IMG/VR virus record: IMGVR_UViG_3300024229_000001
Source of the DNA: an uncultured virus (IMG/VR IMGVR_UViG_3300024229_000001)
Lineage: Duplodnaviria; Heunggongvirae; Uroviricota; Caudoviricetes
Length of the DNA: 64,000 nucleotides
Strand: one strand, 5' to 3'
Shown here: positions 47,671 through 58,215 of the stretch, in pieces
Numbering within the stretch: position 1 is the stretch's first letter
Layout: every line of letters begins with the position of its first letter
Notes under the pieces: model-generated
What the model saw: only the letters and a program-made list of their open reading frames with translations
What the model was told of the DNA's origin: nothing
Databases searched by the model: none
Program-made: the position numbers and the translations under genes

Positions 47671-48858
47671 ATGAGCACGCTAGTCGTTTCAAATATTGTC
47701 CCATCTGGAAGTTCATTGACAGTAGATACTGCCCAAACGGTATTTGATTCTACAGATTCAATTAAGATTCCGGTTGGTACGACAGCTAATAGATCTGTAG
47801 CTCCTGCTGCAGGTATGATTAGATATAATTCAACTACATCTCAATTTGAAGGTTATGGCCCTGGAGGGTCATGGGGCTCACTTGGAGGCGTTATGGATGT
47901 TGATCAAGATACATATATCTTGACAGAAACATCTGCTGGTAATGATGATGACACGTTAAACTTATATGCGGCAGGTACTAATATTGCTTCTTTAAGTCAA
48001 ACAGATTTCAACGTTAAAATTGCTGCTGATTTTGATAGTAACGTAAATATAGATGGCAGTTTAACTTTAGGCGGAGTCAATCTTGGTACCGCCTTTGTAT
48101 CTGCATCTGTAAGTAATGATACAATTACTTTTACAGACGCTGCAGGATCAACTTCTTCAGTAAGTATTACGGACGATGGCCTTTCAACAGAGGAAGTTCA
48201 AGATATTGCTGGCGGAATGTGGTCAAGCAATACTGAATCTGGTGTAAGTGTTACTTATCAAGATGCGGATGGTACATTAGATATTAATGTTAATGATCCA
48301 ACTATTACATTGACTGGTGCAGTTACTGGTTCAGCAACCATGACGAATCTAGGTAATGTAAGTATTGCAACAACCGCAACAGCTGATCCTACTCTTACAA
48401 TTAGTGGTGACGCTAGTGGTTCAGCAACATTTACAAATTTAGGTAATGCTACACTATCGTTGACAATTACCGATGATTCACACAATCACGTAATTTCTAA
48501 TATTGACAATTTACAATCTTCTTTGGACGGTAAAGCTGCGTTATCAGGAGCAACATTTACAGGCGACGTTACTGCGCCAAACTTTAATACTACTTCAGAT
48601 GCTGCAGTAAAAGATGATATTATGACAATTGATTCTCCATTGTCTGTACTTTCTGATCTTCGTGGTGTAAATTTTGACTGGAAACAAACTGGTAAAAAAT
48701 CAATGGGTGTTGTAGCTCAAGAAGTTGAAAATGTGCTACCATATCTTGTTGCCACTGATTCAAATGGTTTGAAATCAGTTAACTATCAAGCGATGGTTGG
48801 TCTACTTATTGAATCTGTAAAAGATCTTCAAGAACAAGTAAAAAAACTTTCTAAATAA
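47671..48858 (+). CDS. Tail fibre protein with C-terminal peptidase S74 chaperone
   Basis: IP.GTT..R...IRYN module; TSD...K.DI...GVVAQEVE...VNY; late promoter at 47624-47631. Confidence 0.8.
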   Translation: MSTLVVSNIVPSGSSLTVDTAQTVFDSTDSIKIPVGTTANRSVAPAAGMIRYNSTTSQFEGYGPGGSWGSLGGVMDVDQDTYILTETSAGNDDDTLNLYAAGTNIASLSQTDFNVKIAADFDSNVNIDGSLTLGGVNLGTAFVSASVSNDTITFTDAAGSTSSVSITDDGLSTEEVQDIAGGMWSSNTESGVSVTYQDADGTLDINVNDPTITLTGAVTGSATMTNLGNVSIATTATADPTLTISGDASGSATFTNLGNATLSLTITDDSHNHVISNIDNLQSSLDGKAALSGATFTGDVTAPNFNTTSDAAVKDDIMTIDSPLSVLSDLRGVNFDWKQTGKKSMGVVAQEVENVLPYLVATDSNGLKSVNYQAMVGLLIESVKDLQEQVKKLSK

Positions 48859-48867
48859 GGTAATATA

Positions 48868-49617
48868 ATGGCAAATCCAACTACAAGACAGGAATTAGTT
48901 GACTACGCTCTTCGTAGATTGGGCGCGCCTGTTATTGAAATTAATGTTGATGACGACCAACTAGAAGATCGTGTAGACGATGCTCTACAGTTTTATCAAG
49001 AGTATCATTCAGATGCAACAATGCGTGTTTATCTAAAACACCAAATTACTGCAACTGACGTAACAAATGGTTATATTACATTAAACGATAATATTTTATA
49101 TGTGAAGCGTGTATTTCCTATCGGCGATTCACAATCAAGTATTAATATGTTTTCTGTAAAATATCAAATGCATCTGAATGATATTTACGATCTTTCTTAT
49201 ATTGGCGACTTAATGTACTATGAAATGGTACAACAATATGTTTCATTGTTAGACATGAAACTAAATGGTAGTGGTGAGTTTGTAAGATTTAATCGTCATA
49301 TGAATCAATTACATTTAGATGTAAATTGGGAATCAGATATTAAAGAAAATGATTATGTCATTGTTGAATGTATGAGAATTGTAGATCCATCAACTTATTC
49401 TGATGTCTATAATGATATGTTCCTTAAGCAATATGTAACTGCTTTAATTAAACAGCAATGGGGTGCTAACCTTATCAAATTTGAAGGTATGCAACTTCCA
49501 GGTGGTGTAACATTAAATGGTCGTCAAATGTTTGATGACGCAACTGAAGAGATCAGACAGATCCGAGAGCAAATGCAGCTCAATTATGAAATGCCACCAG
49601 ACTTTTACGTAGGATAA
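48868..49617 (+). CDS. gp13: Neck protein gp13
   Basis: LRRLGAPVIEINV.DDQ, KQQWG.NL.KF.GMQLPGGV. Confidence 0.95.
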   Translation: MANPTTRQELVDYALRRLGAPVIEINVDDDQLEDRVDDALQFYQEYHSDATMRVYLKHQITATDVTNGYITLNDNILYVKRVFPIGDSQSSINMFSVKYQMHLNDIYDLSYIGDLMYYEMVQQYVSLLDMKLNGSGEFVRFNRHMNQLHLDVNWESDIKENDYVIVECMRIVDPSTYSDVYNDMFLKQYVTALIKQQWGANLIKFEGMQLPGGVTLNGRQMFDDATEEIRQIREQMQLNYEMPPDFYVG

Positions 49618-49621
49618 TCCA

Positions 49622-50536
49622 TTGGCTACTAACGTATACTTCTCGCAAAAGGTAAGAACCGAACAGGACCTTTACGAAGATATTGTCATCGAATCCCTTA
49701 AAATGTATGGGCAAGATGTGTATTATCTTCCCAGAGAAGTAGTGCAAGAAGATAGCATTCTCAATGAAGATATTGAATCAGTATTTGATGACGCTTACAT
49801 TATTGAAATGTACATCTCAAATATTGATGGCTTTGAAGGCGATGGTAATTTACTTTCTAAGTTTGGTGTTGAGATTCGAGACCAAGCTAACTTTATCGTT
49901 TCAAAGAAACGTTGGAACCAATATATTGGTGTTCAAAACGCAGGGACTAATAGTTTAAGACCGAGTGAAGGTGACTTAATATATCTTCCACTTTCTCAAT
50001 CTTTGTTTGAGATTCGTTTTGTTGAACACGAATCTCCATTCTATCAATTATCAAATCTTCCAACATATACACTACAATGCGAATTGTTTGAATACTCAGG
50101 TGAGCAAATTCAAACTGGTATTTCAGATATTGATACAGTAATGGAAGACATATCACAGCAGCTTGTATTAGTTGTCAATAACTCAAATGGAACAGAATTT
50201 GCTATTGGTGAAGATATTCAACAAGAAATTGGCGATACTGACGAATATGTAACAGGCCGAGTAGTTTCTTATGAAACTGTTGATGCTACAACTAAAAAGC
50301 TATTTGTAACTGGTTGGGCCACTACTGACGGAAAATACCACTCATTCACTAATAATATTATTGACGGTAATACCTCTGGTGCTCAATGGACAGTTACTGA
50401 TGTGTATAATATTGATGATCCAATTACAAATAAAGCTTTAAATGATTCTCAATCACGTAACCAAGAATTTGAATTAGAAGCTGAAGGAATTATTGATTTC
50501 TCTGAATCCAATCCATTTGGTGAGATCGGAGGTTAA
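49622..50536 (+). CDS. gp14: Neck protein gp14 (TTG start)
   Basis: EQDL.ED...ES....G.DVYYLPR, SKFG, RP.EGDLIY, DFSESNPFG. Confidence 0.93.
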   Translation: MATNVYFSQKVRTEQDLYEDIVIESLKMYGQDVYYLPREVVQEDSILNEDIESVFDDAYIIEMYISNIDGFEGDGNLLSKFGVEIRDQANFIVSKKRWNQYIGVQNAGTNSLRPSEGDLIYLPLSQSLFEIRFVEHESPFYQLSNLPTYTLQCELFEYSGEQIQTGISDIDTVMEDISQQLVLVVNNSNGTEFAIGEDIQQEIGDTDEYVTGRVVSYETVDATTKKLFVTGWATTDGKYHSFTNNIIDGNTSGAQWTVTDVYNIDDPITNKALNDSQSRNQEFELEAEGIIDFSESNPFGEIGG

Positions 50537-50538
50537 CT

Positions 50539-51303
50539 ATGTTATCAGATCATTTTTATCATGCATCAATTAGAAGAACCATTGCAGCATTTGGTACTAT
50601 CTTTAATGATATTAAAATTATGCGCAAAGGTTCAGATGGTGAAGTAAAAAATATTATGAGGGTTCCATTAGCATATGGACCTAAGCAAAAGTTTCTTGCA
50701 AGATTAGAATCACAAGCGTCTCTTACAGATCCAAAAGTGGCAATTAAGTTGCCGAGGATGTCTTTTGAAATTACTTCTTTAGCATACGACGCAGCAAGTA
50801 AGTTACCAAAAATGAACCAAATTGTCCGCGGATCTGGTATTACAAGAGACGCAATTTATACTCATGCTCCATATAATATGGGTATTACTTTATCAATTAT
50901 GGCAAAGAACCAAGATGATGCTTTGCAGGTAATTGAACAAATTATTCCGTATTTTCAACCAGAATATACGATTACAATTAATGAAGTACCAGAGCTCGGG
51001 ATAAAATCTGATGTACCTATTATATTATCAAGTGTAGGATTAGCTGAAGACTATGAAGGTGATTTCTTGTCTCGTAGGGCTATTGTCTATACATTGGACT
51101 TTGAATTAAAAGTAAAATTCTATGGCCCAGTTCAACAGCGAGGTGTTATTACTAAAGCAGAAGTTGATATGATTAATGCTGAAGCAGAAGATCCATTTGG
51201 ATTCCTTGAGGAATATATTGCAGATGGAACTAACGCAAATGGCGACTTTGATAATGTTATTGAAGGTAAAGATGAAGTTGATGACGGAGAAATTACTCCA
51301 TGA
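50539..51303 (+). CDS. gp15: Tail sheath stabilizer/terminator gp15
   Basis: FYH..IR....FGT.FN, VPLAYGPKQKFL, LPRMSFE, EQI.PYFQP. Confidence 0.95.
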   Translation: MLSDHFYHASIRRTIAAFGTIFNDIKIMRKGSDGEVKNIMRVPLAYGPKQKFLARLESQASLTDPKVAIKLPRMSFEITSLAYDAASKLPKMNQIVRGSGITRDAIYTHAPYNMGITLSIMAKNQDDALQVIEQIIPYFQPEYTITINEVPELGIKSDVPIILSSVGLAEDYEGDFLSRRAIVYTLDFELKVKFYGPVQQRGVITKAEVDMINAEAEDPFGFLEEYIADGTNANGDFDNVIEGKDEVDDGEITP

Positions 51304-51650
51304 AGCATGATAAAGACGATGTAGATGACGATTATGATTTTGCTCGAAGTAAATATTATAATCTAGCAGAAAAAGGCGATGAGGCCATAGATCTTATGAT
51401 GGAATTAGCTCGTGAGTCTGAGCATCCACGCGCCTTTGAAGTATTATCTAATATGATGAAACAAAATGCAGAAATTGCTGATCGTCTAATGGAATTACAA
51501 AAGAAAAAGAAAGAAGTTCGCTTAAAAGATTCTAAAGGACTTCCAGGTAAATTGACACAAAATAATGTATATGTAGGTTCTTCAACAGACTTACAAAGAA
51601 TGCTATTGAAAAAAATGGATGATGCAAATGTCATTGAGTCTGAAGAATAA
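51300..51650 (+). CDS. gp16: Terminase small subunit gp16
   Basis: DY..AR, ESEHPRAFEV, VGSSTDLQ. Confidence 0.92.
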   Translation: MKHDKDDVDDDYDFARSKYYNLAEKGDEAIDLMMELARESEHPRAFEVLSNMMKQNAEIADRLMELQKKKKEVRLKDSKGLPGKLTQNNVYVGSSTDLQRMLLKKMDDANVIESEE

Positions 51651-53226
51651 CGAAGCAGGCTATCTTGGTAACCCTAATGTAAAACGTGACGGTGTTGAAC
51701 AAGAGTGGACTCAAAAAGAAATAAAAGAATACGCAAAATGCATGAGAGATCCTGCATATTTTGCTAGAACTTATTTAAAAGTAATTTCTCTTGATAGAGG
51801 ATTAGTTTCATTTGATCTATATCCGTATCAAGAAAAAATGTTTAAACATTTCGAAGATAATAGATTCTCTATTGTTTTGGCCTGTAGGCAATCAGGTAAA
51901 TCTATTTCATCTGTAGCATATCTTTTGTGGTATGCAATATTTAATCCCGAAAAAACAATTGCTGTTTTAGCTAACAAAGGTTCTACTGCACGCGAAATGC
52001 TAGCAAGAGTAACCTTAATGTTAGAAAATTTACCATTCTTTTTGCAGCCTGGATGTAAAGCACTTAATAAAGGCTCAATAGAATTTTCTAATAACTCTCG
52101 TATTATTGCTGCTGCTACGTCTGGTTCTTCTATTCGTGGTATGTCAGTTAACTTACTATTCCTTGACGAATTTGCATTTGTTGAAAACGATGCTGAGTTC
52201 TATACATCAACTTATCCAGTTGTTTCATCTGGGGAAAGTACAAGAGTTATTATTACAAGTACTGCAAATGGTGTTGGTAATGTTTACCATAAAATTTACG
52301 AAGGTGCTGTTCAAGAAACAAATGAATATAAACCTTTTAGAGTAGATTGGTGGGACGTTCCAGGAAGAGATGAAGCTTGGAAAGAACAGACTGTTGCTAA
52401 CACTTCTGAACTTCAATTCCAACAAGAATTTGGAAACACTTTCCACGGAACCGGTAATACACTAATTGCTCCAGAAATACTTCTTGGACTTCAGGCAAAG
52501 CCGCCAATTAAGCAAAGCACCGAGGTAAGAATATATAAAGAACCTGAAGAAGTTCACGAATATATGATGTTTGTAGATGTTGCAAAAGGTCGTGGTCAAG
52601 ACTACTCTACATTTAATATTATAGATATGTCTGTTAGGCCGTTTGAACAAGTAGCTGTTTTCCAAGATAATAAAATTTCGCCATTGTTATTTCCAGACGT
52701 TATTTACAAATATGCTAACATGTATAATGAAGCATTTATTGTGATTGAGAGTAATGACCAAGGATCTGTTGTATGTAATGGTTTATATTATGATTTAGAG
52801 TATGAAAATATTTTTGTAGAGTCTGCTGTAAAAGCCAATTCAATTGGTGTTACTATGACCCGTAAAATTAAGCGCATTGGTACATCAAATATCAAAGACT
52901 TAATTGAGCAAAGAAAACTAATAATAAACGATGCAGAAACCATTTTAGAACTATCAACCTTTGAAGCAAGAGGTAATTCTTATGAAGCTTCAACTGGTAA
53001 TCATGATGACTTAGTAATGAACTTAGTTCTATTTGGATGGTTTTCAACAAATGCATTTTTCGCAGAGCTTACAGATATTGATATGAAGTCTTTATTATAT
53101 TCTGAAAGAATTAAAGCAATGGAAGAAGAAATTGTTCCGGTTGGATTCTTTGAGGATGGCAGAGAAGATAAGTACGAAAGAGAAGGTGGTATGGTCTGGG
53201 AGACCGTAGATACTGGAATTTACTAA
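51619..53226 (+). CDS. gp17: Terminase large subunit gp17
   Basis: YLGNPNVK, RQSGKS Walker A, LDEFAF Walker B, HDDLVM nuclease motif. Confidence 0.97.
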   Translation: MMQMSLSLKNNEAGYLGNPNVKRDGVEQEWTQKEIKEYAKCMRDPAYFARTYLKVISLDRGLVSFDLYPYQEKMFKHFEDNRFSIVLACRQSGKSISSVAYLLWYAIFNPEKTIAVLANKGSTAREMLARVTLMLENLPFFLQPGCKALNKGSIEFSNNSRIIAAATSGSSIRGMSVNLLFLDEFAFVENDAEFYTSTYPVVSSGESTRVIITSTANGVGNVYHKIYEGAVQETNEYKPFRVDWWDVPGRDEAWKEQTVANTSELQFQQEFGNTFHGTGNTLIAPEILLGLQAKPPIKQSTEVRIYKEPEEVHEYMMFVDVAKGRGQDYSTFNIIDMSVRPFEQVAVFQDNKISPLLFPDVIYKYANMYNEAFIVIESNDQGSVVCNGLYYDLEYENIFVESAVKANSIGVTMTRKIKRIGTSNIKDLIEQRKLIINDAETILELSTFEARGNSYEASTGNHDDLVMNLVLFGWFSTNAFFAELTDIDMKSLLYSERIKAMEEEIVPVGFFEDGREDKYEREGGMVWETVDTGIY

Positions 53227-53315
53227 TCTTATAAATATAATCGAGTGAATAAATAAACGTATTATGATATCATATTATATCCCGAGCTTATAATCTTTTT
53301 TGGAGAGGAATACAC

Positions 53316-55001
53316 ATGGCTTTTCTAGTATCACCAGGAGTTCAAGTCAAAGAAATTGACTTGACGAATGTGATTCCAGCTGTATCTACCAGTATTGGTG
53401 GATTTGCTGGCGCATTCAACTGGGGTCCTGTAGAAGAAATCCGCACACTAGGTTCAGAAAAAGAACTTGCGGCGGTCTTCGGCACCCCAGATAATCAAAC
53501 CGCGGTATACTTCCTAACAGCAGCTAGCTTCCTAACTTATGGTAATGCATTAAAAGTTGTCCGTGCTGAAACAGCCGGCATGCTTAATGCTACCACAGGA
53601 GCAACTGGTCTTTTAGTGAAGAATCGCGATCATTTAGACGACGTAACAACCACAGCCTTTGAATTTATTGCTAAGTATCCAGGTACTTTAGGTAATTCAT
53701 TGAAAGTAGATGTATGTCCAGCAGACACAACAGTCTTTACTGGATGGGCATATGCAGATCAATTCGATGCTGCACCGGGTACATCTGACTTTGCAGCTGA
53801 TCGTAGCTGTTCAAACGATGAAATGCATATTGCAGTAATTGATGAAGATGGCGCATGGTCAGGAGTTCCAGGAACAGTTCTTGAAACTTTCCCATTCGTA
53901 TCACAAGCATCTGATGCAAAATCAGCGCAGGGCACATCCAACTATTGGATTGATGTTATTAATGGTACATCATCCTATGTTTGGGCTGGAGATGCTCCAG
54001 CATTATTAACACATGCAGGTGACAGTACTGAAACCCGTGGAGGCGATTACTTAGATGCTATTACCGCCGCTACAATTTCAGAATCATTGGCAGCTGGTGC
54101 TGATAATAATGTACCATCAGTTGGTGAAATTCAGCTTGGTTTTGATATGTTCGAAGATGCAGAAACTGTAGATGTAAATCTATTGTTTGCTGTACCAGGC
54201 GCAAATGGTGGCGACGACGTTACTCTTGCTAACGATCTATTAAGCATTGCAACATCGCGTAAAGATGTAGTTGCATTTGTTTCTCCTCCAATCGAGGACA
54301 CAGTAGGAACTGCTACACCAGCAGCAGATGTTAAAGCATGGGCTGATCAGCTCACATCGACATCTTATGGTGTAATTGATTCTACTGCAATTAAAGTATA
54401 CGACAAGTACAATGATGTGTATCGCTGGATTCCAGCTGCAGGTCACATGGCTGGTCTATGTGCTAATACAGACAACGTGGCCGATGCATGGTTCTCACCA
54501 GCAGGCTTTACACGTGGTCAAATCTTGGGTATTACAAAGATTGCTTTCAATCCTAAGCAAGCTGATCGTGATACTCTTTATAAAGCACGCATTAACCCAA
54601 TTGTTTCTTTCCCTGGTCAGGGCACTGTACTATATGGTGATAAGACTGCACAAGCTAAACCTTCTGCATTCGATCGCATCAACGTACGTCGTCTATTCGT
54701 CACCTTGGAAAAAGCAATTGCAACTGCTGCCAAATTCCAACTCTTTGAATTCAACGACGAATTTACCCGTGCAATGTTCCGCAATATGGTAGAACCATTC
54801 TTGCGTGATGTTAAAGGTCGTCGTGGTATTACAGACTTTGCAGTTGTATGTGATGCAACAAACAACACTGGAGAAGTTGTAGATACAAACCGTTTTGTTG
54901 CGGATATCTACATTAAACCAGCACGTTCTATTAACTTCATCACATTGAACTTCATCGCGACTCGTACCGGCGTTGAATTCTCTGAAATTATTGGTCAATA
55001 A
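53316..55001 (+). CDS. gp18: Tail sheath protein gp18
   Basis: SPGVQVKEIDLT, WFSPAG..RG, FDRINVRRLF; late promoter at 53230-53237. Confidence 0.97.
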   Translation: MAFLVSPGVQVKEIDLTNVIPAVSTSIGGFAGAFNWGPVEEIRTLGSEKELAAVFGTPDNQTAVYFLTAASFLTYGNALKVVRAETAGMLNATTGATGLLVKNRDHLDDVTTTAFEFIAKYPGTLGNSLKVDVCPADTTVFTGWAYADQFDAAPGTSDFAADRSCSNDEMHIAVIDEDGAWSGVPGTVLETFPFVSQASDAKSAQGTSNYWIDVINGTSSYVWAGDAPALLTHAGDSTETRGGDYLDAITAATISESLAAGADNNVPSVGEIQLGFDMFEDAETVDVNLLFAVPGANGGDDVTLANDLLSIATSRKDVVAFVSPPIEDTVGTATPAADVKAWADQLTSTSYGVIDSTAIKVYDKYNDVYRWIPAAGHMAGLCANTDNVADAWFSPAGFTRGQILGITKIAFNPKQADRDTLYKARINPIVSFPGQGTVLYGDKTAQAKPSAFDRINVRRLFVTLEKAIATAAKFQLFEFNDEFTRAMFRNMVEPFLRDVKGRRGITDFAVVCDATNNTGEVVDTNRFVADIYIKPARSINFITLNFIATRTGVEFSEIIGQ

Positions 55002-55013
55002 GGAGAATAAACA

Positions 55014-55547
55014 ATGGCAATCTTAGGCGTAGATGATTTCAAATCAAAGCTAGTTGGTGGTGGCGCACGTTCTAACCTTTTCAAGGTAGAAATGGGTTTT
55101 CCAGCTGGTATCGCAGGTGCAGCTGAATCTGAAGTAGGTGGTTTCTTAATTAAAGCCGCTCAACTTCCGGCTTCTGTTATTGCACCAATCACTGTTCCAT
55201 TCCGTGGGCGTCAACTTCAAATTGCGGGCGATCGTACTTTTGAACCTTGGACAATTACGGTAATGAATGACACAAACTTCTTGTTGCGTGATGCATTCGA
55301 GCGTTGGATGAACTATATCAACTCTCACAATGCAAACAGCGGTGAAGTTACTCCATCAAACTATTTTGCTGATGCATCTGTTTATCAGCTTGATAAAGAT
55401 GGAAGTGAAGTCAAAGCATATACATTCCGCGGCATGTGGCCAACGAACGTAGCAGCAATTGATGTTTCATTCGACAATGAAAATGCTATTGAAGAGTTCA
55501 CAGTTGAACTCCAAGTACAGTATTGGGAATCAAACACCACTACTTAA
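55014..55547 (+). CDS. gp19: Tail tube protein gp19
   Basis: GGARSNLF, FRGR...AGDRTFEPWT, IEEFTV. Confidence 0.96.
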   Translation: MAILGVDDFKSKLVGGGARSNLFKVEMGFPAGIAGAAESEVGGFLIKAAQLPASVIAPITVPFRGRQLQIAGDRTFEPWTITVMNDTNFLLRDAFERWMNYINSHNANSGEVTPSNYFADASVYQLDKDGSEVKAYTFRGMWPTNVAAIDVSFDNENAIEEFTVELQVQYWESNTTT

Positions 55548-55552
55548 TAGCA

Positions 55553-55594
55553 TATAAATAATAGCAGAGGGGTTTATCTCCTCTGCTTATTATT
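55553..55594 (+). terminator. Hairpin after gp19 overlapping the gp20 late promoter
   Basis: TATAAATA (55553-55560); stem 55563-55572/55578-55587 followed by an AT tract. Confidence 0.6.
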
Positions 55595-55610
55595 AACGTA
55601 GGAAGATTTA

Positions 55611-57116
55611 ATGGCTGAATTATTTGGTTTCGAAATAAAGCGAAAGAAAGAGCAAGAACAAGAAGACGCTAAAAAGCAATCTTTTGTTGCTCCATTAGAG
55701 GATGATGGTTCTAGTTATGTTCAAGCTGGTGGTGGCCACTTTGGCCAGTACATTGACTTGTCTGGAACTGAAGGAGCTAAATCTGAAGCTGATCTAATCC
55801 GACGTTATAGAGATATTGCAATGCATCCAGAGTGTGATGCAGCAATTGAAGATATTATTAATGAGTCTATTGTATCAGATACTAAATCTGCGCCAATTGA
55901 TCTAGTAACTGATGATTTAGATCTACCTGATAATGTTAAAAAACTTGTAAGACAAGAATTTGAAAATGTAGTTGAACTATTGCAGTTTAACCATTATGGA
56001 CATGAAACATTCCGTAAATGGTATGTTGATGGCCGTTTGTTTTACCACATCATTGTTGACGAAAAGAGCCCTAAAAAGGGTATTTTAGAGTTACGTCCAA
56101 TTGATCCTACACGTATCCGTAAAGTAAAAGAGATTGAAGAAGAAAAAGATCCTAAGACTGGCGCTCAAATTATTAAGAGTGTTAAGGAATATTATCTTTA
56201 TCAAGATACTTCAATGTCAAAGTCTAACTCAGGCTTAAAGATTTCTAAAGATGCTATTCAATATACTACATCAGGTTTGTTGGATACATCTCGTAAAAAC
56301 GTTCTTTCTTACTTGCATAAAGCAATTAAGCCAGTGAATCAACTTCGTATGATGGAAGATTCATTAGTAATTTATCGCTTATCAAGAGCTCCAGAACGTC
56401 GCATTTTCTATATTGATGTTGGTAACCTTCCAAAAGGTAAATCAGAAGAATACCTACGTGGTATTATGAACCAATATAGAAACAAATTAGTTTATGATGC
56501 ATCTACTGGCGAAATCAAAGATGACCGTAAACACATGTCAATGTTAGAAGATTTCTGGCTCCCACGTCGTGAAGGTGGTAGAGGTACAGAAATTTCAACG
56601 CTTCCTGGTGGTGAAAACTTAGGTCAAATTGATGACATTTTCTACTTCCAGAAAAAGCTATATAGATCATTAAACGTTCCAGTAAATAGATTAGAGCAAG
56701 AAGCTCAATTCTCACTTGGACGTTCTACTGAAATTTCGAGAGACGAGGTTAAATTTCAGAAATTTATTAACCGTCTTCGTAAAAAATTCTCTTGGTTATT
56801 CTTAGATCTCCTTAAGACACAATTACTTTTAAAAGGTATTATTACTGAGTCTGATTGGAGAAACATTAGAGAGAATATTTCTGTTGACTTTATTCGTGAT
56901 TCATATTTCTCAGAATTAAAAGAAGCAGAAATTATTAGAGAAAGATTAGAACTACTCGCGCAATTAGATGAGTATGTTGGTAATTATTACTCTAAAGAGT
57001 GGGTTCAAAAGAATATTCTCAGACAATCTGATGAGGATATAGATATGATGTCTAAACAGATCGATGCAGAAAGAGCTGCTGGTAAAATTCCAGATGAAGA
57101 CGATCTTGAAATCTAA
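55611..57116 (+). CDS. gp20: Portal protein gp20
   Basis: WYVDGR, YRLSRAPERRIFYIDVGNLPK, EDFWLPRREGGRGTEI. Confidence 0.98.
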   Translation: MAELFGFEIKRKKEQEQEDAKKQSFVAPLEDDGSSYVQAGGGHFGQYIDLSGTEGAKSEADLIRRYRDIAMHPECDAAIEDIINESIVSDTKSAPIDLVTDDLDLPDNVKKLVRQEFENVVELLQFNHYGHETFRKWYVDGRLFYHIIVDEKSPKKGILELRPIDPTRIRKVKEIEEEKDPKTGAQIIKSVKEYYLYQDTSMSKSNSGLKISKDAIQYTTSGLLDTSRKNVLSYLHKAIKPVNQLRMMEDSLVIYRLSRAPERRIFYIDVGNLPKGKSEEYLRGIMNQYRNKLVYDASTGEIKDDRKHMSMLEDFWLPRREGGRGTEISTLPGGENLGQIDDIFYFQKKLYRSLNVPVNRLEQEAQFSLGRSTEISRDEVKFQKFINRLRKKFSWLFLDLLKTQLLLKGIITESDWRNIRENISVDFIRDSYFSELKEAEIIRERLELLAQLDEYVGNYYSKEWVQKNILRQSDEDIDMMSKQIDAERAAGKIPDEDDLEI

Positions 57117-57145
57117 TTTATTATAAATATATCAAAAGGTGAATT

Positions 57146-57367
57146 ATGACTGAAACAATTGATTTAATTAATGCATTAGCAAATAGCAAAACAGCTGACG
57201 CTAATAATGTATTTAATGATTTGATGGCAAGTAAATTGAATGTGTCTATTGATGCTAAAAAGATTGAAATTGCCAACGATACATATAATGGCGTAACACA
57301 AGAATTAGAACAGGAAATTGGAAACAATGAAGTTCAAGGAACTGAGACAGTCACTGACTCTGAGTGA
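57146..57367 (+). CDS. Prohead core protein gp67-like
   Basis: Small acidic ORF after the portal gene; late promoter at 57122-57129. Confidence 0.65.
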   Translation: MTETIDLINALANSKTADANNVFNDLMASKLNVSIDAKKIEIANDTYNGVTQELEQEIGNNEVQGTETVTDSE

Positions 57368-57545
57368 AGCTTCTGAAAAAGAAGTTAAAACTCTTAAAGT
57401 TGGTAAAAAATCTAAAGCTGTTATTAAACAGAAGGGTTCCAAGTTCTCTGTTTATATCGATGGCACTTTGCTAGACGATAAATATAAGAATGCTAAAGAA
57501 GCAGAAAAGGCTGCGAAGGAATTCGCAGATCTTATGGGAGCATAA
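57327..57545 (+). CDS. Prohead core protein gp68-like
   Basis: MKFKELR start; position before gp21. Confidence 0.55.
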   Translation: MKFKELRQSLTLSEASEKEVKTLKVGKKSKAVIKQKGSKFSVYIDGTLLDDKYKNAKEAEKAAKEFADLMGA

Positions 57546-57549
57546 TTAA

Positions 57550-58194
57550 ATGAAGCTTATTACAGAACTTTATGAAGATAATCTAAGCTACGTTACCGAA
57601 GAAAAGAACGGTAAAAAGAATACCATCATTGAAGGTATCTTTATGCAGGCTGAGTCTAAAAATAGAAACGGCCGTGTTTATCCTCGCGGAGTAATGGAAT
57701 CAGCAGTTAATAAATATGTTACAGAACAGGTTAGTCGTGGACGTGCTGTTGGTGAATTAAATCACCCAGAAGGTCCAACAATTAACCTTGATAAGGTTTC
57801 CCACCGTATTACCGAACTGAATTGGGATGGTAATAACGTAATGGGGAAAGCACTTGTACTAGATACTCCTATGGGCCAGATCGTAAAAGGTCTTGTCGAA
57901 GGCGGTGTTCAGTTGGGTGTTTCAAGTCGTGGTATGGGTACTCTTGTAAACCGTAACGGGGTAAACGTTGTAGGCAATGATTTCATTCTTGCAACAGTGG
58001 ACATTGTCCAGGATCCCTCAGCACCAGAAGCTTTCGTTAATGGGATTATGGAAGGCGTCGAATGGATCTGGGAAAATGGTCTGTTACAAAAACAAGAGAT
58101 TGAAAAATATGAGACTGAAATCAAGCGTGCATCTTCATCCCAATTGGCCGAGAGTCAATTGAAGGTGTGGAACGATTTCCTCTCAAAACTTTAA
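57550..58194 (+). CDS. gp21: Prohead protease gp21
   Basis: GIFMQAE.KNRNGRVYP, GELNHP, GVSSRGMG, DPSAP. Confidence 0.97.
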   Translation: MKLITELYEDNLSYVTEEKNGKKNTIIEGIFMQAESKNRNGRVYPRGVMESAVNKYVTEQVSRGRAVGELNHPEGPTINLDKVSHRITELNWDGNNVMGKALVLDTPMGQIVKGLVEGGVQLGVSSRGMGTLVNRNGVNVVGNDFILATVDIVQDPSAPEAFVNGIMEGVEWIWENGLLQKQEIEKYETEIKRASSSQLAESQLKVWNDFLSKL

Positions 58195-58215
58195 CTCTCA
58201 ATCAAGGAGTAAAAT

